From contig NC_090349.1 in the NCBI RefSeq assembly GCF_035084215.1, positions 10,044,001 to 10,108,000 of the forward strand: 64,000 nucleotides of DNA, written 5' to 3'. The position numbers were made by a program, and so were the translations under genes. Below, piece after piece: positions 61,601 through 64,000 of the stretch. The first letter of the stretch is position 1, and each line of letters begins with the position of its first letter. This DNA is from Heptranchias perlo. Its lineage: Eukaryota. The notes beneath the pieces are model-generated. The model was not told where the DNA came from, made no database searches, and was given only the letters and a program-made list of their open reading frames with translations.

Positions 61601-63655
61601 GCGTTTGATGTAGTCTACATGGATTTTAGCAAGGCTTTTGACAAGGTTCCATATGGCAAACTGGTCAAAAAAGTAAAAGCCCATGGGATCCAACGGAAAG
61701 TGGCAAATTGGATCCAAAATTGGATCAGTGGCAGGAAGCAAAGGTTAATGATCAGTTTTTGTGACTTGAAGCCTATTTCCAGTGGGGTTCCACAGGGCTC
61801 AGTACTAGATCCCTTGCTTTTTGTGGTATATATTAATGATTTAGACTTAAATGTACGGGACATGATTAGGAAGTTTGCAGATGATACAAAAATTGGCCAT
61901 GTGGTTGATAGTGAGGAGGAAAGCTGTCGACTGCAGGAAGATATCAATAGACTTGTCAGGCGGCAGAAAAGTAGCAAATGGAATTGAATCCGGGGAATCT
62001 GGAAAGATTGCATTCGAGAGGGTGCAGAGGAGATCTATGAGCATGTTGCCAGGACTGGAGAATTTTAGATATGAGAAAAGATTGGATAGGCTGGGGTTGT
62101 TTTCTTTTGATCAGAGGAGACTGCTCGGTGATTTAACTGGGGTGTATAAAATTATGAGGGGCCTAGATAGAGTGAACAGGAAGGACCTATTTCCCTTAGC
62201 AGAGAGGTCAATAACGAGGGGGAATCGATTTAAAGTAATCGGTAGAAGGATTAGATGGGAGCTGAGGAAAGAAATTTCACCCAGAGGGTGGTGGGGGTCT
62301 GGAACTCACTACCTCAATGGGTGGTAGAGGCAGAAACCCTCAACACATTTAAAAAAGTACTTGAATATGCACTTGAAATGCCATAACCTATACGGCTACG
62401 GACCACATGCTGGAAAGCGGGATTAGAATGCGTAGCTCCATTTCGACTGGCAGAGAAACGATGGGCCGAATGGCCTCCTTCTGTGCTGTAAATTTTCTTT
62501 GTTTCTATGTTTCTATCCACAATTAGGCACGTCCCCACTAATATATCGGCCCTAGTACTCCCTGTATCTTCTGTACCAGGTTCATCAGTATGCTTACCCA
62601 CGTACCCTCAATAGACCCTATTTTATAGCGATTGCCTGGATTTCAACACCCCTTTGGGAGTTCCCCCTGATTCCAGTTAATCTGGAGGGTTCCCCGGTGG
62701 AAAAAGGAGATTCTCAGTTCTCGCACTGATATGACAGTTCTGGACGCTCCTGTGTCAACCAAAATACATGCCACAATATTCCCCAACTTCAGCAGTTACA
62801 TACGGTCGTCCATGTAAGTCATACTGTAATGGACACAAATATTTAGGAGAGGCCTGTCCCCATCATTGGGGAAAGGGGGAGGCATCCTGACCTCCGGTGC
62901 ACTTTGTTGTACGATTGCACACATAGGAGGGGTGGTGGGTAGTTCCATGCCTTTGAATGCAGCCTTTATAAAGTTTTCTACATCTGCAAAACTGAGGTAA
63001 ACCTTGACTGGTCCTTACCCCCGGGTACTACCTCCCATGTGATACCATGGAGTTCCCGTGTGGGGGGTATTTTACAATGCCTAGCAAAATGTCCCATTTC
63101 ACCACATTGTAAGATTTCTTATCTGCATATGGATTTATTTTGGGTCCCACTCTTTTAGGGCCCTCATTTTTCCATGTTGGAGCTTGCATGGTTAATACTG
63201 GTTGTTTTGATTTACTCGCCAATTTAAGTACTACCCATCTCAGGATTATAGCATCAGTTTGGGCTTCTTTTTCATTTACCACCTATCAAGTCCTGGCCCA
63301 TGGACTCTATTATAATATTGCCATAAACGACTGGCATATACCTTGGGATGTTTATTGGGTTCTTGCATACACTTAGTCAATACTTCTCTGGGATCACCCT
63401 CACCCCCTCCCCAGTGAAATCCAATGGCAGTAAGTATGGGCTCTTACATTTGTGCCCAGGATCCTGTACCATTTTGTCTATCCTGAGGGAGCGCACCATA
63501 TACCCTGGCCCCAGGGTGTAAAACAACAATCGGACCTTTTCAGCTTCATCCAACCCACTACCCTCCACAACCTGTTTTATCCCTGTGACTCGACCCTATA
63601 AGATAGTGAGCTGTCCAGTCGCTCCGAGAATATTCTAACTCGTACACATTAAGTC
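58640..63655 (-). mobile_element. Decayed endogenous retrovirus-like element (gag, protease, RT, tether, RNase H), lokiretrovirus/spuma-like; interrupted by a CR1
   Basis: gag-like EGSGLDEAEKVRLLFYTLGP; protease GRPYV..LVDTGAS; RT FAKHKHDCG, NSPIWPVKKADGS, LKLNPKKAQ..VTFLG; tether WEWT..PFYLE..RLARWTLLLQ; RNase H IYVDGSS (58781-58801) and SAKAAEL (~58678-58698). No integrase or env seen. Confidence 0.8.
60375..62514 (+). mobile_element. 5'-truncated CR1 (endonuclease-RT-3' tail) inserted into the retrovirus-like pol
   Basis: YYRPANS, GDLN, SDHN, DFSKAFDKVP, PQGSVL, FADD; (TTTCTATG)n tail. Confidence 0.9.
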
Positions 63656-64000
63656 TCGATATATGTATATATATATATTACAACCAACCATTAGTTCTTA
63701 CAGGATCTTGAGACCCCCATCCCACGTTTCTCTTTTTGGGCCCGCACATCAATCAATCTATTGGTGCCTGCACATTCCACAACAATGCAGAAACAGGCAA
63801 CTAATGGTTTCCCATGCCATGATGTACTATAAACATTAGATAATAATGGAGATCTGGGGCATGATTTTGACCCCGAGCCGGGAATGGGGTCAAATTGCGA
63901 ACGGGAAACCCGGGAGTATGGGTTTCCTGTCCTTATGACATTATCGTAAGGATATCTTTTATTTTTTTGTCATGTTGCCATCCGACAGACTGGCCTGATT

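Overview
Eukaryotic, repeat-rich DNA from a cartilaginous fish (shark-like). The assignment rests on elasmobranch-type germline-joined lambda (type II) immunoglobulin light-chain clusters, shark-type CR1 LINEs and Deu-domain tRNA-SINEs. There are five IgL cluster relics. (A) Minus strand, pseudo-VJ plus pseudo-C, leader deleted, ~8.4-15.1 kb. (B) Minus strand, orphan pseudo-C with VJ and promoter deleted, ~17.2-22.3 kb. (D) Minus strand, orphan pseudo-C, ~23.2-31.9 kb. (C) Plus strand, complete L-VJ-C gene whose only visible lesion is a 1-nt homopolymer frameshift, 34.6-39.0 kb. (E) Minus strand, V-upstream region only, 49.7-51.7 kb. Most of the rest is retroelement. It includes a near-full-length CR1 LINE with an intact esterase ORF1, preceded by a 33-bp tandem array; many nested CR1 fragments; L2 and SINEs; a very young Penelope-like insertion forming a perfect 102-bp inverted repeat with hammerhead-ribozyme motifs; and two decayed retrovirus-like elements, one with tether plus RNase H architecture (lokiretrovirus-like). 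I see no clearly new biological system; the best leads are under findings. All alignments were done by eye, so repeat boundaries are approximate.
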